Assembly: GCF_009914755.1 (NCBI RefSeq)
Contig: NC_060935.1
Direction: 5' to 3' (one strand)
DNA length: 64,000 nt
Source of the DNA: the human T2T-CHM13v2.0 reference genome, Homo sapiens
Notes under the pieces: model-generated
Told to the model about the DNA's origin: nothing
Database searches by the model: none
The model's input: only the letters and a program-made list of their open reading frames with translations
In this document: positions 33,799 through 48,187 of the stretch, one piece after another
How the letters are laid out: each line of letters begins with the position of its first letter
Numbering within the stretch: position 1 is the stretch's first letter
Made by a program: the position numbers and the translations under genes

Positions 33799-34789
33799 CT
33801 ATGCTTCTGTTTCCCTTTTTTGCATTCCTCTATTGGAGAGCAAAGCACGTGATACTGAAATCATTCCTATACTTTTGTCTTCTCCTTGAAGTTATGAAAC
33901 CTTGTAGACACAGATTTTGCTATAATCACTTTATGTTCCCAGAATCTGCTATATAATAAATGTTTATTGAGTGAACAAGTAAAGGTAAGGGAGGTGGGGA
34001 TTGAGGTTATTTGTGTTCTGTAGAGGGAGTCGGGGGCATGGTATGGTGTCACTGAGATTTTAACACAGCAAACGGATTTGTCTAATTTGAAATTGTATTC
34101 TAACCCCTAAGTGAGAGGTGGGTGAAGACAAAGTGACTGCATCTAGTGAGGATGGCTAGTAAGGTGTAGGCAGGTTTTAGAGGCTTGAAGGTAGAATTTA
34201 AAGACCTAGTATAGGGGACACATGCAGGTATAGGCAGCTTGAAGCTTAATAGACATGTGATGAAAGGCCTTTACCCAGGCATGAAAGGGCAGCAAAATTC
34301 CCATCAGACTGAATATATTGGTGGAAACAGGTTCTCCTCCTTATGTTTTGCCAGGATCAGCTAGAATCGGCTCCAGATGGTGTTGTAGCCAAGCCTGCAG
34401 GCCTCAGTACTTACTGCTGAGTAGAGCTGGAGACAGCAAGAACACTTAACATTCAGGAAATGAACATCTTGTGTCATTGTGTGTGTGTGTTTCTGCATTT
34501 GAGCCATCTAAGCAAGATTGTCCCACTGTCACTTTGGCTGTGTTGATGATAAATTTGATCTCAGACAGTGATCAAAATGGACTGATCAGCCTTGCAGGCT
34601 GATTTGCTTTTTGTGTACAGCTGGGTTTTAAGATAGTCATGGTATTACATGTAGCCTTGAGTACAGTTTTCTAATGGTAGGCTGTGAGAATGGATCATCT
34701 TATTTAGAAAAGGTCTTCTCTCCAAAGGCTGTGACTTGGCTTAGTGGAAACTTCAAGGTTGATTCTTGCTGGTGTTTCTGTTGAGCAGG

Positions 34790-34930
34790 TGAGGCTTTAT
34801 TTGAAGCAGATTACCCTGGATCCAAATATTGCTTCTCTCCCTTACTAACTGTGTATTTTGGGCAAGTTACTTAACCTTTCAGAGCTTTATAAGGTAGGGG
34901 TAACAGTGACTACCAGCAGGGTTGCTTGAA
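34790..34930 (+). mobile_element. MIR fragment
   Basis: cttactaactgtgtattttgggcaagttacttaacctttc. Confidence 0.65.
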
Positions 34931-36204
34931 TATCACTGCTGATGCCACGTGGTTCCTAGTATCAGGGCTGACACATGGTGGAAACTCACCGTGGCAAACT
35001 CACCATGGAAACCCAGTGGCAGTTTTGTCAGGAAAGCACTAAGGTCCTTTCTGATAAACAGGAAATGAACGCATCTCCAGAAGTTGTTCTCCTGCTGATT
35101 TTACTAACAAAAGATGATAAATGGCTGAGCGTTTGCTATTAGCACTGCACACCTAACTTCAAAACATAACTTGTGGAACAGATAGGAGATAACTACTCAT
35201 TATTTTTTCTTTCACCTTTAGTAACAGCAGATAGTTTCTGAGCTACATGCTACATTTTTACGAACATTGCATAAGCCACTCAATGAGATCATCTTCCATG
35301 CAAGAATATTTAAAGCTGATTATAGCTTCGGGACATTTTTTCATTCTTGCATAAACCATAGTTTTCAATTATTTCAGCATCACTATGCATATTGTGGAGC
35401 TACATAGAAGTACTGGATGATTTCATTGTATCACACACCATTTGTTTTTGGAGAGGCTTTTTAGGGGGCGATACAAGAGATTTAAGGCATACTCTTGGTT
35501 TATTGGAAAATATGCTTTTTTTATCTGCCTTCCTTTAGGAAGTCTTTAAAACTCACAAATTATGAATAGATTCAAAATTATTACATCTCTTTGTAACTAC
35601 TTTACTTATAGATAAACTGTAATATTTTTAAATTCTTGGTAGAAACAAAGAGATCCTGGACTTTTAAATTTAAAATATGTTTCAAGTTTTACTGTTATTA
35701 GCCAAGAGTTATAGGTATTATCTGAAGAAGTATATTCAATGTAGGGTATTTTTATCTTTAAAAAGTAAGTTTTATTAATATAGATCTTTTTTAGCAAATG
35801 GTGAAAATCTATTTAAGGTTGATAAAAAAATCTTAGTGTATATTTTTCTCACATTTTAATATAACTGTTGGTTTTTCTGTATGCTTCTGTAGTCCTGACA
35901 CTACAAGTGGTAAAATGTATAATGAGTATATGCAAGGGAGACTTTCTGATTCTTGCCTTGGGCAGCATTAGTTAATGATATTCATTCAGATAGAGCATGG
36001 TACAAATGGAGCATATTAAGAGGCTTAAATTAGGTCAAATTGAATAATTAAATTTATTTCTTTACTTAAAAACAGCTTAATCAGCTGAGAGTGCTGAAGT
36101 CTGAAAAAAGGTTTAATTAAATATTAATAGGGAGTTAATTTTTCAACTTTATCTTCATTTACAATGATTGTGTATGTTTTTTCCTCCTTTGTTACCTTTT
36201 ATAG

Positions 36205-36372
36205 ATACTTGGAGATGAAGTTCAACTTTTTTCACTTGATGAAGAATTTGATTATGACAATGTGATGCTAACCTCCAAGTTTAGTCCTGCAGAGATAGAG
36301 AACATCAAAGAGCTATGCAAGCAGCAGAAGAGAAAGGACACCAGCCCAGACTTAGAGAAATCCTGTGACTGA
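36205..36372 (+). CDS. IFTAP: IFTAP last coding exon: [18 protein letters not shown]...DLEKSCD*
   Basis: Polypyrimidine tract and atag|ATA acceptor; 55 codons plus TGA at 36370-36372. Confidence 0.95.
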   Translation: MLGDEVQLFSLDEEFDYDNVMLTSKFSPAEIENIKELCKQQKRKDTSPDLEKSCD

Positions 36373-36435
36373 TTCACAGAGGCATTTTGTGTGTGTGTGC
36401 TTATTTTAATTTTGTTCTTATTCTAGCAACATTAG

Positions 36436-36441
36436 AATAAA
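36436..36441 (+). terminator. IFTAP: IFTAP polyadenylation signal AATAAA (3' UTR about 90 nt)
   Basis: AATAAA about 64 nt after the stop codon, with T/GT-rich sequence downstream. Confidence 0.8.
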
Positions 36442-37224
36442 AGATAAACCTACTATAATTCCCTTTGTGGAAATTTACATGTGTGCACTCATTTATCAGA
36501 GTTACCTGTTATTAGGGATATAGAGCAACAAGGCCAAGGAGATTGCCGCCCTTACAGAATTCTCTCTCGCCATGTCATTGTTGCATCTTGTGGCTGGTTG
36601 GAGGAGATGGGAGTGGGAAATGGGAACAGGAATCAGCATCTATGGAAAGATCCATTTTGATGAAAGCATTGCACTAAGTGATGTGGGGTGCTGTATCAAA
36701 GGTCAGAAACATGATCCCACTTTCTTGAGAGTAAAGAACAATTGCAGATGAAAACACATTGTAGCATATTAGAGAAAAATTGCCAATATGAGTAGGTCTG
36801 GGTCCTAGCTGTCCAGAGATAGTGCTATCAATGTGAGTGTTGTTGAGAGATTAGGCTTCTGGAATTGATTGGGAAAGGCTTTACTTAAAAAAGTCATCTG
36901 AGAATTGATGATATGTCACATATTAAATTCTTGCATTTCATTATTACCATTAAACCATGTGTGATAACGGTTACAAAATACAAGGAAGATCTCTATCTCC
37001 AGAAGCTTAAAATACAACTTGAGAAGGCAAAACAACTAGAGAATATAAAAACACATGATGAAGCGCTAATTATGTAGCATACCCATACATGCATTAAGGC
37101 AAGGAGAAAAGAGGGATGAAGGCCCAGAGGAAGGGGGAGTAATATGTTTCAATGAATTTTTATTATTGAAGGAATTACTAACAAATTGAATGTACTTAAC
37201 TGATTTTCTTTTCTCTTTCTTTTA

Positions 37225-37853
37225 AGCACACTTTGTTTTTCAGAGCAGTTTTATGTTCACAGAAAAATTGAGGAAGACAGCATCGTTTTCATGCACCCCC
37301 TGCGTCTCCCCAACTTAGACTTCCTTACTATCAATATCCCACACCAGAGTTGTTTTTTTTGTTGTTTTATTTTTTGCGATTAGTTTTCTTTTTGTGTGTG
37401 TGTGTGTGTGTGTGGTAAGAACTTCACATGAGCTCTACTCTCTTCAATGTTTAAGTGTACAATACAGTCTTGTTACCTATATGCACAGTGTTGTGCAGCA
37501 GATCTCTGGAATGTATTCATGTATAACTGAAACTATACCCACGGAACAGCAACTCTCCATTTCCCCCTTCCCCTAAACCCTGGCAACCTCCATCCTACTT
37601 TCTGCTTCTATGAGTTTGACTTTATAGATAGCTCATATAAGTGGACATGGGGTATTTGTCCTTCTGTGATTGACTTATTTCACTTAGCATAATGCCCTTC
37701 AGGTTTGCCCATGTTGTCGCATATAGCAGGATTTCCTTCTTTTTTTAAGGCTGAGTAGTATTCCATTTTATGTATACACTACATTTTCTTTATCCATCCA
37801 TCAATGAACATTTAGGTTGTTTCCATATCTTGGCTATTGTGAATAATGCTGCA
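37225..37853 (-). mobile_element. Old L1M 3' fragments (L1MA-like) with (TG)n
   Basis: ttaagtgtacaatacag...ccctggcaacc...tttcacttagcataatg...cttggctattgtgaataatgctgca. Confidence 0.75.
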
Positions 37854-38151
37854 GGCCTGTGCTTGTATGCACGTACTTGTGCTTGTGTGTATGAGGAATT
37901 GTGTGTGTGTGTGTTTTGAGTGTGTATATGTATTCATAAAAACACCGTTTATATTTTTTACAAAAGAATGCTCTTGATTTCATGTTGCCCTAGAGTCAAG
38001 TGTCTGCCACATTTATTTTTACTTATTCAACAAACTTTCATAAAGCTCCATTTGTGTGTTCAAGCTTTATGCTAGGCAGTGGGGAGGATACAGGCAAGTT
38101 AGACATGGTCCAATTAAGTACGGAAGAGAGATGTATACACAAATAATTACA

Positions 38152-38437
38152 AGCTATATTGTCCAATATAATAGCCACTAGCTGCATTCTAGTACACTAG
38201 AGTACTTGAAATATAGTGACTGAGAAAGTTTCAGCTGTTATTTAATTTTTATTTCAATTTAAAATAGAAAACTGATATTTGATTCAGTTATTAGAAAACT
38301 TTCAAGTACATTTAGAACAATTTGGGTATGTGAATCTACTTTTTCAATTATACATTTTATGAAATGTAAATGCAGATCAGTTATTTTGGAAAACAGCTTA
38401 GTGTATTAGGGTTCTCTAGAGGGACAGAACTAATAAG

Positions 38438-38510
<73 letters not shown>

Positions 38511-39236
38511 GGGAAGCTTATTAGGAGAATTGACTCTTACAATCACAAGGTGAAGTCTCACAATAGACCGTCTGCAAGCTGAGGAGCAAGGAAGCCAGTC
38601 AGAGTCCCAGTACCTCAAAAGTAGGGAAGCCGGCAGTACAGCCTTCAGTCTGTGGCTGAAGGCCTGAGAGCCCTTGGCAAATCACTAGTGTAAGTCCAAG
38701 AGTCCAAAAGCTGAAGAACTTGGAGTCCAGTGTTTGAGGGCAGGAAGCACCCAGCACAGGAGAAAGATGAAGGCCAGATGACTCAGCAAGTCTGCTCTTC
38801 CATCTCCTGCCTGCTTTATTCTAGCCACGCTGGCAGCTGATTAGATGGTGCCCATCTAGATTGAGGATGGGTCTGTCTCTCCCAGTTCACTGACTCAAAT
38901 GTGAATCTCCTTTGGCAACACCCTCACAGACACACCCAGGAATGATACTTTGCATCCTTCAATCAAGTTGACAATATTAACCATCATAGCTTAGTGTCTG
39001 AATTTAAAATATGCTGCAAGTATAAAATATGTATTGGATTTCAAAGAATTAGTAGTGAAAAAATGTGACTTTCTTGTTATATTTTTTGTATTAGTATATG
39101 TTGAAATGGTCCTATTTTTGATTAAATAGTTAAAATATATTATTAAAATCCACCAATTTCTCTTTACCTTTTTCATGAGACTACTGGGAAATTTGAAATT
39201 ACACATGTGGCATGCATATTTATATTTGACAGCACT
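38152..39236. mobile_element. MER33/Charlie5-type hAT element, split by an MLT2A LTR
   Basis: Start tgtccaatataatagccactagc and end gaaatttgaaattacacatgtggc...ttgacagcact. Confidence 0.65.
38402..38988 (-). mobile_element. MLT2A (HERV-L) solo LTR containing (TA)n at about 38438-38507
   Basis: tgtattagggttctctagagggacagaac...caagttgacaatattaaccatcata; flanked by GCTTAG repeats. Confidence 0.9.
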
Positions 39237-39973
39237 TTAGTCGACGATAATCTTAGTTGTGAGACTGGTGTATACCAAGAGCTACTGGGACAAAACATTT
39301 TGGAGTTTTTAAATTATGCTTTGGAGAACTAGGGACTCCTCACAGAGAAACTGATGTTTAAGCTTGGCTGTAAAGAATTAGTAGGAGTTTTTGAGGCAGA
39401 AAAGGGGGAAAAATATTATGGTCCAAGGGAATAATGCACAGAGGTGTAATGGAGTGTGACAAACTATTGCTTGGTTAAAGTAAAACCATAGTTTTCTAGT
39501 GTATGGGATAAACGGGATAACTGCAGGAGAGGAAGTTGGAAATGTAGGTTGGGGCCAGATTCTGCAGGCCTCGTGTGCTGTAGACTTTATTCTCTAGTTG
39601 ATAGGGAGCTATTTAATGTGTTCATGCAGAGGAATAACACGATCAAAAATGTATTTCAGAACGGTAACTTCAGCGTGAATGTGAGAGGTAAAATGAATAT
39701 AGGTCAATCAGGAGACAAGTTCGAAGGATAGTCTGTGTGGGTAAAAGTGGAGGGCATAGATTGGATGAGGTTTGGGAGCAGAAGCAGCGAGGATTTTTGA
39801 CTAGTGCATTGTGGAAATGAGAGAGCAATTGTGGGGTTAAGACAAGATTTTAGTGTGCAATCTATGTACTCTTTGACTTGAGATAACCTTGTTATATAAT
39901 TGTTCACAGGAGTGGATACTCTTTTGGCTCTCTTTATATAGCCTTTTGGTAGTTTCAATAAAACAGACTTTAC

Positions 39974-40262
39974 TTTTTTTTAAGAGACAGAAGTTCTGTC
40001 ACTCAGGCTGGCGTGCCGTGGCACAATCATAGCAGCCTCGAACTCCTGACTCCAAGCAATCTTCCCACCTCAGCCTGCTGAATAGCTAGGACTACAGGTG
40101 TGAGCCACCATGTCTGGCTATTTTTTAAAACATTTTTTTTCCCACAGAGACAGGGTCTCACTATGTTTCCCAGGCTGGTCTCTAACTCCTGGCCTCAAGT
40201 GATCCTCCTGTTTTGGCCTCCCAAAGTGCTGGGATTACAAGCGTGAACCACTGCACCCGGCC
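39974..40262 (-). mobile_element. AluJ
   Basis: Diverged Alu dimer (cagggtctcactatgttt, cctcaagtgatcctcctg). Confidence 0.9.
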
Positions 40263-41090
40263 AAGACTTCATCATTTTTACAACATCTCCATTTTATGGA
40301 CTTAAATAGTTTTATAATAGAAGAAACAAAACCACCTTTTTAAGTGTTTACAAAGAACTACATTTCAGTGAAGTGTTTCATTACTCAACTAGGCAGAGAA
40401 GACGGCAGGTGGAACATTTCTATCTGTAGGGTTGGTATACTATGTCTTGGCTTCATTCCTCTTGACAATTTTTGATCCCTGAATTATTTGAGGGGAAATT
40501 GTGTATTATGGTGAAAGTGACAGTGGAAAATGAGTCCCTTAAAGTCTTCGAATGAAATTGTTTTGTCTCCATCGTACCATTACCCTTGCCCTAACTAGCA
40601 AATAACTTCTTCATGACTGCCTTTCAGTCTTAGCAATCCCTTAAATTGATGGAAATGGTATGTTTTACACTGGTTGGCAAACCCTAACCAAGTAATCCTG
40701 CACTTGTAAGGATGGAAAATGTTTACCTGGATTAGGCTGTGGCAACAAAAATAAGATTAATAAAGAGTAGAATATAAGGAGAAGCATCTGGGTGTATACA
40801 CCAAAATGGGAGGGAAGAACACGAAAATTTTAAAAGTACCTTTAAATAATGTGACCATTGCAACACGAACTAAATCGAAGTAGAGTAAATATCACTTCAA
40901 GCCTGTGGCACCAGTCCTGGCTTGTTCAGCATGGTGACACACTGAGAGATCTTACTACTTTCAGGATCCATCTTGTGTGGCATAGCACAAGAAGAAGAAG
41001 AAAAATTCTGCTCCAATTTTGAATTTCCTTGACTCCCTTTGTCAAGAATTCTCTTTTATATTCCTCCAAACACATACAACTATATTCTCA

Positions 41091-41376
41091 TTTTGTTTAT
41101 TTATTTATTTAGACACAAATCTCCCTCTGCAGTGGCGTGATTATAACTCACTGTAGCCTCGAACTTCTGGCCTCAAGCGATCCTCCCACTTCAGGCTCCT
41201 GAGTAGGTGGTACCACAGGTTCATGCCACCATATCGAGCTAATTTTTAATTTTTTTATAGAGACGGGGTCTCACTATGTTGCCCAGACTGGTCTCGAACT
41301 CCTGGGCTCAAGTGATCCTCCCACCTTGGCCCCCCCAGAGCACTGGGATTATAGGTGTGAGCTACTGCTCCTGGAC
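41091..41376 (-). mobile_element. AluJ
   Basis: (TTTA)n tail; ctcactgtagcctcgaac; ctgggctcaagtgatcctccc. Confidence 0.9.
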
Positions 41377-41589
41377 AGTATCCTCTTTTTTTAAAAGTTC
41401 TTTTAAAAAAGAACTTTTCCCTGTGTGTTAAGTGACTGTGGTTGAATTAACATACGAAAAAGTTAAGGGAAAACATTTTCATTTCATTTGCTTGCTTCTT
41501 GGAAGTTGATGGTAAGTGAACACAGTAGCATGTGAAATGACGTGAAAGAGACCATCTTACTGAGAATTTTCTAGAAAGATATTTCTCCA

Positions 41590-42077
41590 TATGTAAAAAA
41601 ACAATCCGTCCTCCTCACCATGGCTTACCCAGCTTTATGTAATATGGCCCTTACGTGACTCTCCAATCTCATCTAGCACCATCTTCCTCATTTTTTACTG
41701 TGTTCTGGCCAGTTCGTATTATTTTTTGTTTGTTTTTCAAACACTCTGCCTTTTTTCCACCTTAGGGCTTTCATTCTTGTTTTTCCTTCTCATTGGTCTT
41801 CCCTGGTATTCATTTGGCTGGATCCTTGTTATTATTCAGGCCTTAGGTGAAATATATCTTCCCAGAATCTCTCTCTAACAGCCCTATTTAATCTTTTTCC
41901 CACAAGCCTCCATCCCTATCACTGTGCACCCTTGTTTTGTTTATTATCTGACTCTCCCTTTAGAACATGAGCTACAAGAAGGCATGAACCCAGTCTGCCT
42001 TTACATTGCAGCTGCCCCAACCCCTGAAAAGGCCCTGCAGTAAAGTAGGGGTTCAATAAATATTTACTAAATGAATC
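41590..42077 (+). mobile_element. L2 3' end
   Basis: Ends in ttagaacatgagct...ttcaataaatatttactaaatgaat. Confidence 0.7.
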
Positions 42078-44086
42078 AAACCTAAAAATATAAGCTTAGC
42101 AGCTTGAAGAACTTGGAGGTCCATTTCATCAGTTCAATTTGGTTAGATGTATATTGAGCACTTTTTGTATTCAAGGCATACCTAAGTGTTTTACTTCCTA
42201 GACTGATAAAAATCTGATGGCCAGTGCAAATTTGGGAAGCCTGGCCTGTTCTACAGAACTGTTCCATGTTCAACAAGTTTCTTTCTTTTATTCATCAGAA
42301 TCCCGTAGAGAATTGAGAGAAAGTTCGTTCTCATGGGAACTTTATCCACTCCTCAATTGCTCTTTTGAAACTTTGTTATGACGTCTTAAATTGAAAATCC
42401 TATTCAGGAGCAATTCATGTGGTGTAATACTGATATTAATGCAGGCATTATTAAGAAATTATTTTTAGGCAGCTAGAAAGGGTGAAAGTTCTCAGTGGAA
42501 TTTTTTTTTTTTTAATAAAAAGCGATCCCCGAAACATTTCTTTTCTAACAAAAAGTGTCTTGAAAAACCAGACCTACAAGCATTGATATGCCAATGCCAG
42601 CAGCTAAAAGCCAGGTCCACCCAATATGGCATCTCCCACCCTCTTTTCCTTGTTACCATGTGTGCCAGATGTCATGGCAGCCTCCAGATAAAACCACGTG
42701 TACTGGCATCATGGCCGCCACCAGATGGAGGCCGCATTTGTATAATAAAAGATAGGGTGGGAGGGCCAGTCTTTTCACGGGCTAAGTAAATGGCACACCT
42801 GGTCAACCCAATCCCCTGAGGCCTATGTAAATCAGTCACCGCCCCCTCAACTTTCTGTACAAACCAATTGCAGTCCGCCACAAACGAGGCCCTCTTCCAC
42901 CTGCTTTCTCAACACGAGGAAGCATTTTCTCTCTCTTTTCTTTTTCTATTAAACTTGCCGCTCCTGAACCCAATCCTCATGTGTGTCTGTGTCCTGAATT
43001 CTTTCTTGACTGAGACCAAGAGCCAGGGTATATACCCCAGACAGTGAAGCCGTTTCATTTTGGGTTCTTGCCCAGAATCTGGATCAGAACAGAAGATAGA
43101 CACATTGGAGTGGTGAGTATGGAATGAACCTCAAATCCATCCTTTAATCTCAAGGCTCTCTTCCAGCTATCCTGTTGCTAAATTTTCCTTTCTTTTCTAT
43201 CCGCGGTTGCTACGTCTATTCTCTGTGTATGTGATGTGTGGAAATTTTTACAGTTCAGAGAAACAGGTCTGTTAGAAAAGATCGGCAAACGTGGCAGGCA
43301 GTAACTTAGTAAGCATCTCTCTCTACCATTTATCTGGTGAGCACATGGTATTTCTAAGCCAAAAAGCGCCTCCTAGTAGAAATAGAAATCCTCTTCATGA
43401 GGCATGTTGCGGGTCCTTCCTTTGCCTTACAGTGCACCTTCCTTTTGCGCCACCAGAAATCAGGCTCTAAGCCCCCTCTGTGAACAGGAAAGTTCTGCCT
43501 TCAGCAGTTAGGAGTAAAATGTCCTCCATAGCCAAATTTTAGTTCTGATGCTGTCCCAACAGCAGGAAAACGGCCATTCAGTCCCTACATTCTTTTAAGA
43601 AACTTAGTCTGTTTCCAATTAGAACAGTACTTAATTAATAAGAGGATTTTAGTTTCAGAGGTTAACGGGAACCGTTTTTCTAAGAGTAAATGCTTTAGCA
43701 TGGGCCATAATAGCAGAATATAGGGTTCAATCTAGCATACCCCCCATTAAAGGGGCCTTGCCCAATTACTTAGTTTTTCTTGAGATTCATTTTTTTTAGG
43801 GAGGCACACAGGTCACACAGGTCTAGGAAGTCAAAGGGAAATCATAGGCAGAGGACTACAGCTGCTTGGAGGAGCACAGCTAGGCCCAAATCTTAGTTCC
43901 TCTGGTGCTGTGGCTTGGAGGGTCATGCCTGCAATCATGGGTGGCACATTTAACATGGTGCCATAACTTGGGAACCAAAAAGAGAAAACAGTCATGGGGA
44001 TGCTCCCACTGTCTTCCCCTCCATCCTGGGTCACAAAGAAAGGAAGGAGACTAAAAGAACGCTTTTATTCTTGCTTCCCTTTCTAG

Positions 44087-44460
44087 ATGGGTACTGTCTT
44101 CAGCCTGCACTCCCCTGAAGTGCATTCTGAGGTGCTGGGGGCATCTTTCACCCTGAGACTTTAAAGAAAAAGCAGCTCATTTTCTTTTGCATAAGGGCAT
44201 GGCCTTTTTACTAGACCTTTGCAAGCATTGCAAAATCAACCCAGCTCTTTTAGCAATCATATCAGGCAGGCCCAACGAGAATAATTCCCCGAAATTAGAG
44301 AAGCAAGTTCCAGGGGAACCATCTGAGGATCCCTCTTATTTGGGACCCCTTCAAGTTCCCTTCTCATTATAGGATCTTAGACAAATAAAAGGAAACTTAG
44401 GCCAGTTTTCTGACGACCCTGTTAAATATATAGAAACCTTCCACAATTTAACTCAGGTCT
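44087..44460 (+). pseudogene. ERV gag remnant
   Basis: Translates in pieces to TPLKCIL, PETLKKKQLIFFC and VPFSL*DLRQIKGNLGQFSDDPVKYIE, typical of class I ERV gag. Confidence 0.75.
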
Positions 44461-44629
44461 ATGGTGTTTTTCCTTCTTTCACAGTTTAAAATGGATCTTT
44501 TATAATGTTCTTCCAACCTGGGAAATGTTAATTTTCCAAACCTTAAAATGCTTGGCTTAGAGTTGAGCTGGGGGGAAGGGAATCCAGAAGCCTGACATTC
44601 TGGAAAAAGAGTAAAAATTTACCAGTCGA

Positions 44630-44929
<300 letters not shown>

Positions 44930-46643
44930 TTACCAGTCGAGCTTTTGGCTTCCCTCTCCCTGTGCAAACTGGTAAAAAAGATCATAAAAATAATGACAAA
45001 GGATTTGTGAGGTTGATCTTAAGCTGTAGCCAATCTGGTGTGCTTTGTGTGTCTTTCTGTATGGTTCTGTCAAAAGAAAGACCATCTTAGGTTAGGATGC
45101 AGGCCCAGGACCCCATAAGGCTGCTGTTCATTGCCAGCTCAACAAAATAGTAACAAACTTGGCTACAAGCCTCCATCTTGTTTCAAGTCCTTCGGAACAT
45201 GACCTGTAACCACGTAGGAATTCTTTGTTTTAGCCTCTGCCATTTTAAATGGTGGCTGTCTTCTTGTGCTAAGTCAGTTCCTGGGTGAAGGCCACAAAAT
45301 CCGATAAGCCACTTTATTGATTTGGGTGGTGCCAGCTCAAGGGTAGGGCTTACAAAATATCTTAAGCACTGATCTTGAGAGCAGCTGATGGAGGATCGGA
45401 GTTTTGTAGCCTCCAGCTGCTTGGCTCCTGGGCCATGGTTTTTAATCTTGTGGCTAGTTTCTTGGTCTGGTCCCCAGGCAAGAAGGAAGTATATATGATG
45501 AAGTGGCTGTTATCATCTTTGTTTTAGACTATAAACTGTAAATCAGGCTCCTCCCAAAATTGGTTCGGCCCACTCCCAGGGATGCGCAAGGATGACTTAG
45601 GGGCTGGAAACAAAATGGAGTTGGTTGGGTTGAATCTCTTTCAGTGTCTCAGTGACAATTTTGCAATGATGGTTTCAAAAATTGCCTGTCACCCACTTTG
45701 AAGATATCTTGTACACCTGTGGTTAATCATAACCTAATTAAGGTTTGTTGGTTTCACCTGTGAGGTTACTTTTTGTAAAGTTCAAAAGCTGAAAAATCTT
45801 AACTGCTTGGCGTGGCTAAAGTAGAGTAACAAGGGATTTAAAAGGATTTTCTTAAACAGCACTCAGCTTAATTAAAAGTGGATATTCAAGTTATAGGTAT
45901 ATTTAAAAGGCCTTTATGGTTTTCGCTTCTTGGATCTTGTTTTTCTGGAAAAAGGTTTTTTTCTTCTCAGTCTACTGAATTATTTTTCTCCGTTTTTTGT
46001 CTTGCCACACTTAATGCATACATGAGAGGCCCTAAGATAACTTCTGGTAGCATGGGACTCCGTGGGAAAACAGAGGAGGTGCCACAGACATTGTTTTGGG
46101 AAAAAAACCTCTGTTTTCCTCATGAAACCCCAGGAATTAAAAGCAGATACTTCCCTCTCAAAATCAAAGGCTCTGTTCTGTTTTGCCTTGTGTTATCTGG
46201 CCATTTTGAGTTTTGGGGGTATCAAATTACTTCACATTAGGAGAGAGCTTTGGTGTGTAATAATTAAGTAAGAAATACACTCTTTAAAAGATGGCTCTCC
46301 CTCCTTTTGGGGATCCAAAAATCCAGCATAAAAAGGCATCCTTAATTTTCCAGATCTGTCTTTACCTGTGGCTGTGCTTGCTTATTAGTCCCTAAAGATG
46401 CATGCCATCCCGGCCCTGTTCCTCCAAGGGCTCCACCCTGAAGCCAGTAATCCAGTTATGAAAGCGTCAAATAAAAATCTTACAAGTGCTGAATCTTCTG
46501 TCTGTGTCGCTGTGTATGTGTTTTGTGTGATGTCTATAAAAAGAGCTCCAATTAATTGGCTTAAAGAAAAAATAAGCACTGAAATATTTTTTAGTTCGTG
46601 TGACTTTAATATTTAAGCTGGTACATAACTAAAATCACTTACT

Positions 46644-46940
<297 letters not shown>

Positions 46941-47888
46941 AAAAACACTTACTAACCAGGCTTTTCACCAAAAATAAAAGTTGCTAAGAGTTAAGAGTGC
47001 AACATGTATTTGAGATCATTAAACAGTTTTACATTCAAGGCATATAAAAACAGTGAAATGTGTTTTTTAGTAAAAGATTATAAGAAAGCATGGAAATCCA
47101 AATTTTGCCCAGGAATAAGGGATTATCTTACATTTAATAAGATAAAGCTAAATGTTTAAGTAAGTTGTGGAAAGATTGTAAAAATTAATCTTGCAAAAAT
47201 GTGTAAACCTAACTAAATTCAAAAGCATATTACATGGTCTTTTCATAAATTGAGCATTGAAATAAAAGCACAACAAGGGTGTCTTAAGACACTAATCTGC
47301 CCGTTAGTAAAAGAGGTTATAAAGGGCTTGTAAAGATTTCACCTCATGGTCAAATTGGTTAAGATTAGATGGAATCATCTATAAGCTTCCATTTAAAGAA
47401 ATTGGGATTGATATCAGTAAATTAATGCAAGGGTAAAATTTTGCTTAAACAGGATTTTCATGTAATAATAAAGGATAATAAAAATTTTTGCTTTTTGAGT
47501 CATCGTTTTGGCAAAATAAATAATTTATGGCAATTTGGAATTCTATTTCATAACATCAAGTGTTTTAAACCTCTAACATTTAACAGGCACCCAAAAATCA
47601 AACTTTAAGTTTCAAAATTGTCTTTCCTGATGCCTGGCTTTCTGGATGGTTCAGAGGGCCCCTGAAACATTCAGAAAAGAGGTGAACAGGATTATTTGAC
47701 ATGTTTTGTCACATGAAATTGCCAAAACGATGTCCAATCTTCTTTAAGTTATATTTTGATGAATAATACTAACATATGTTCCAAAATTGTATGGGATTTC
47801 TAAAATTTTAATGTCTAAATATATGCTATCAATAGTAATTAGGGGTAAAGTTATAAGCCATGGAGATAACTAAATTTCTTTGTCAGTC

Positions 47889-48187
47889 TTTTTTTTTTTT
47901 TTTTTTGAGATGGAGTCTCACACTGTTGCCTAGGCTGGAGTGCAGTATCGTGATCTTGGCTCACTGCAAGCTCCACTTCCCATGTTCATGCCATTCTCCT
48001 GTCTCAGCCTCCTGAGTAGCTGAGACTACCCGCACCCACCACCATGCCTGGCTAATTTTTTGTATTTTTAGTAGAGACGGGGTTTCACCATGTTAGCCAG
48101 GATGGTCTCGATCTCCTGACCTCGTGATCAGCCTGCCTTGGCCTCCCAAAGTGCTGGGATTACAGGCATAAGCCACCATGCCCAGCC
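47889..48187 (-). mobile_element. AluY/Sc-type in ERV internal region
   Basis: gcaagctcc and ttagccaggatggtctcgatc diagnostics; TSD TGTCAGTC. Confidence 0.93.

Noticed and set aside
34975-35020. Three degenerate 11-14-bp units (tggaaactcacc...), and a 20-bp tandem pair at 49147-49186
   Set aside because: Ordinary slippage repeats with no spacers or array structure; not CRISPR-like.
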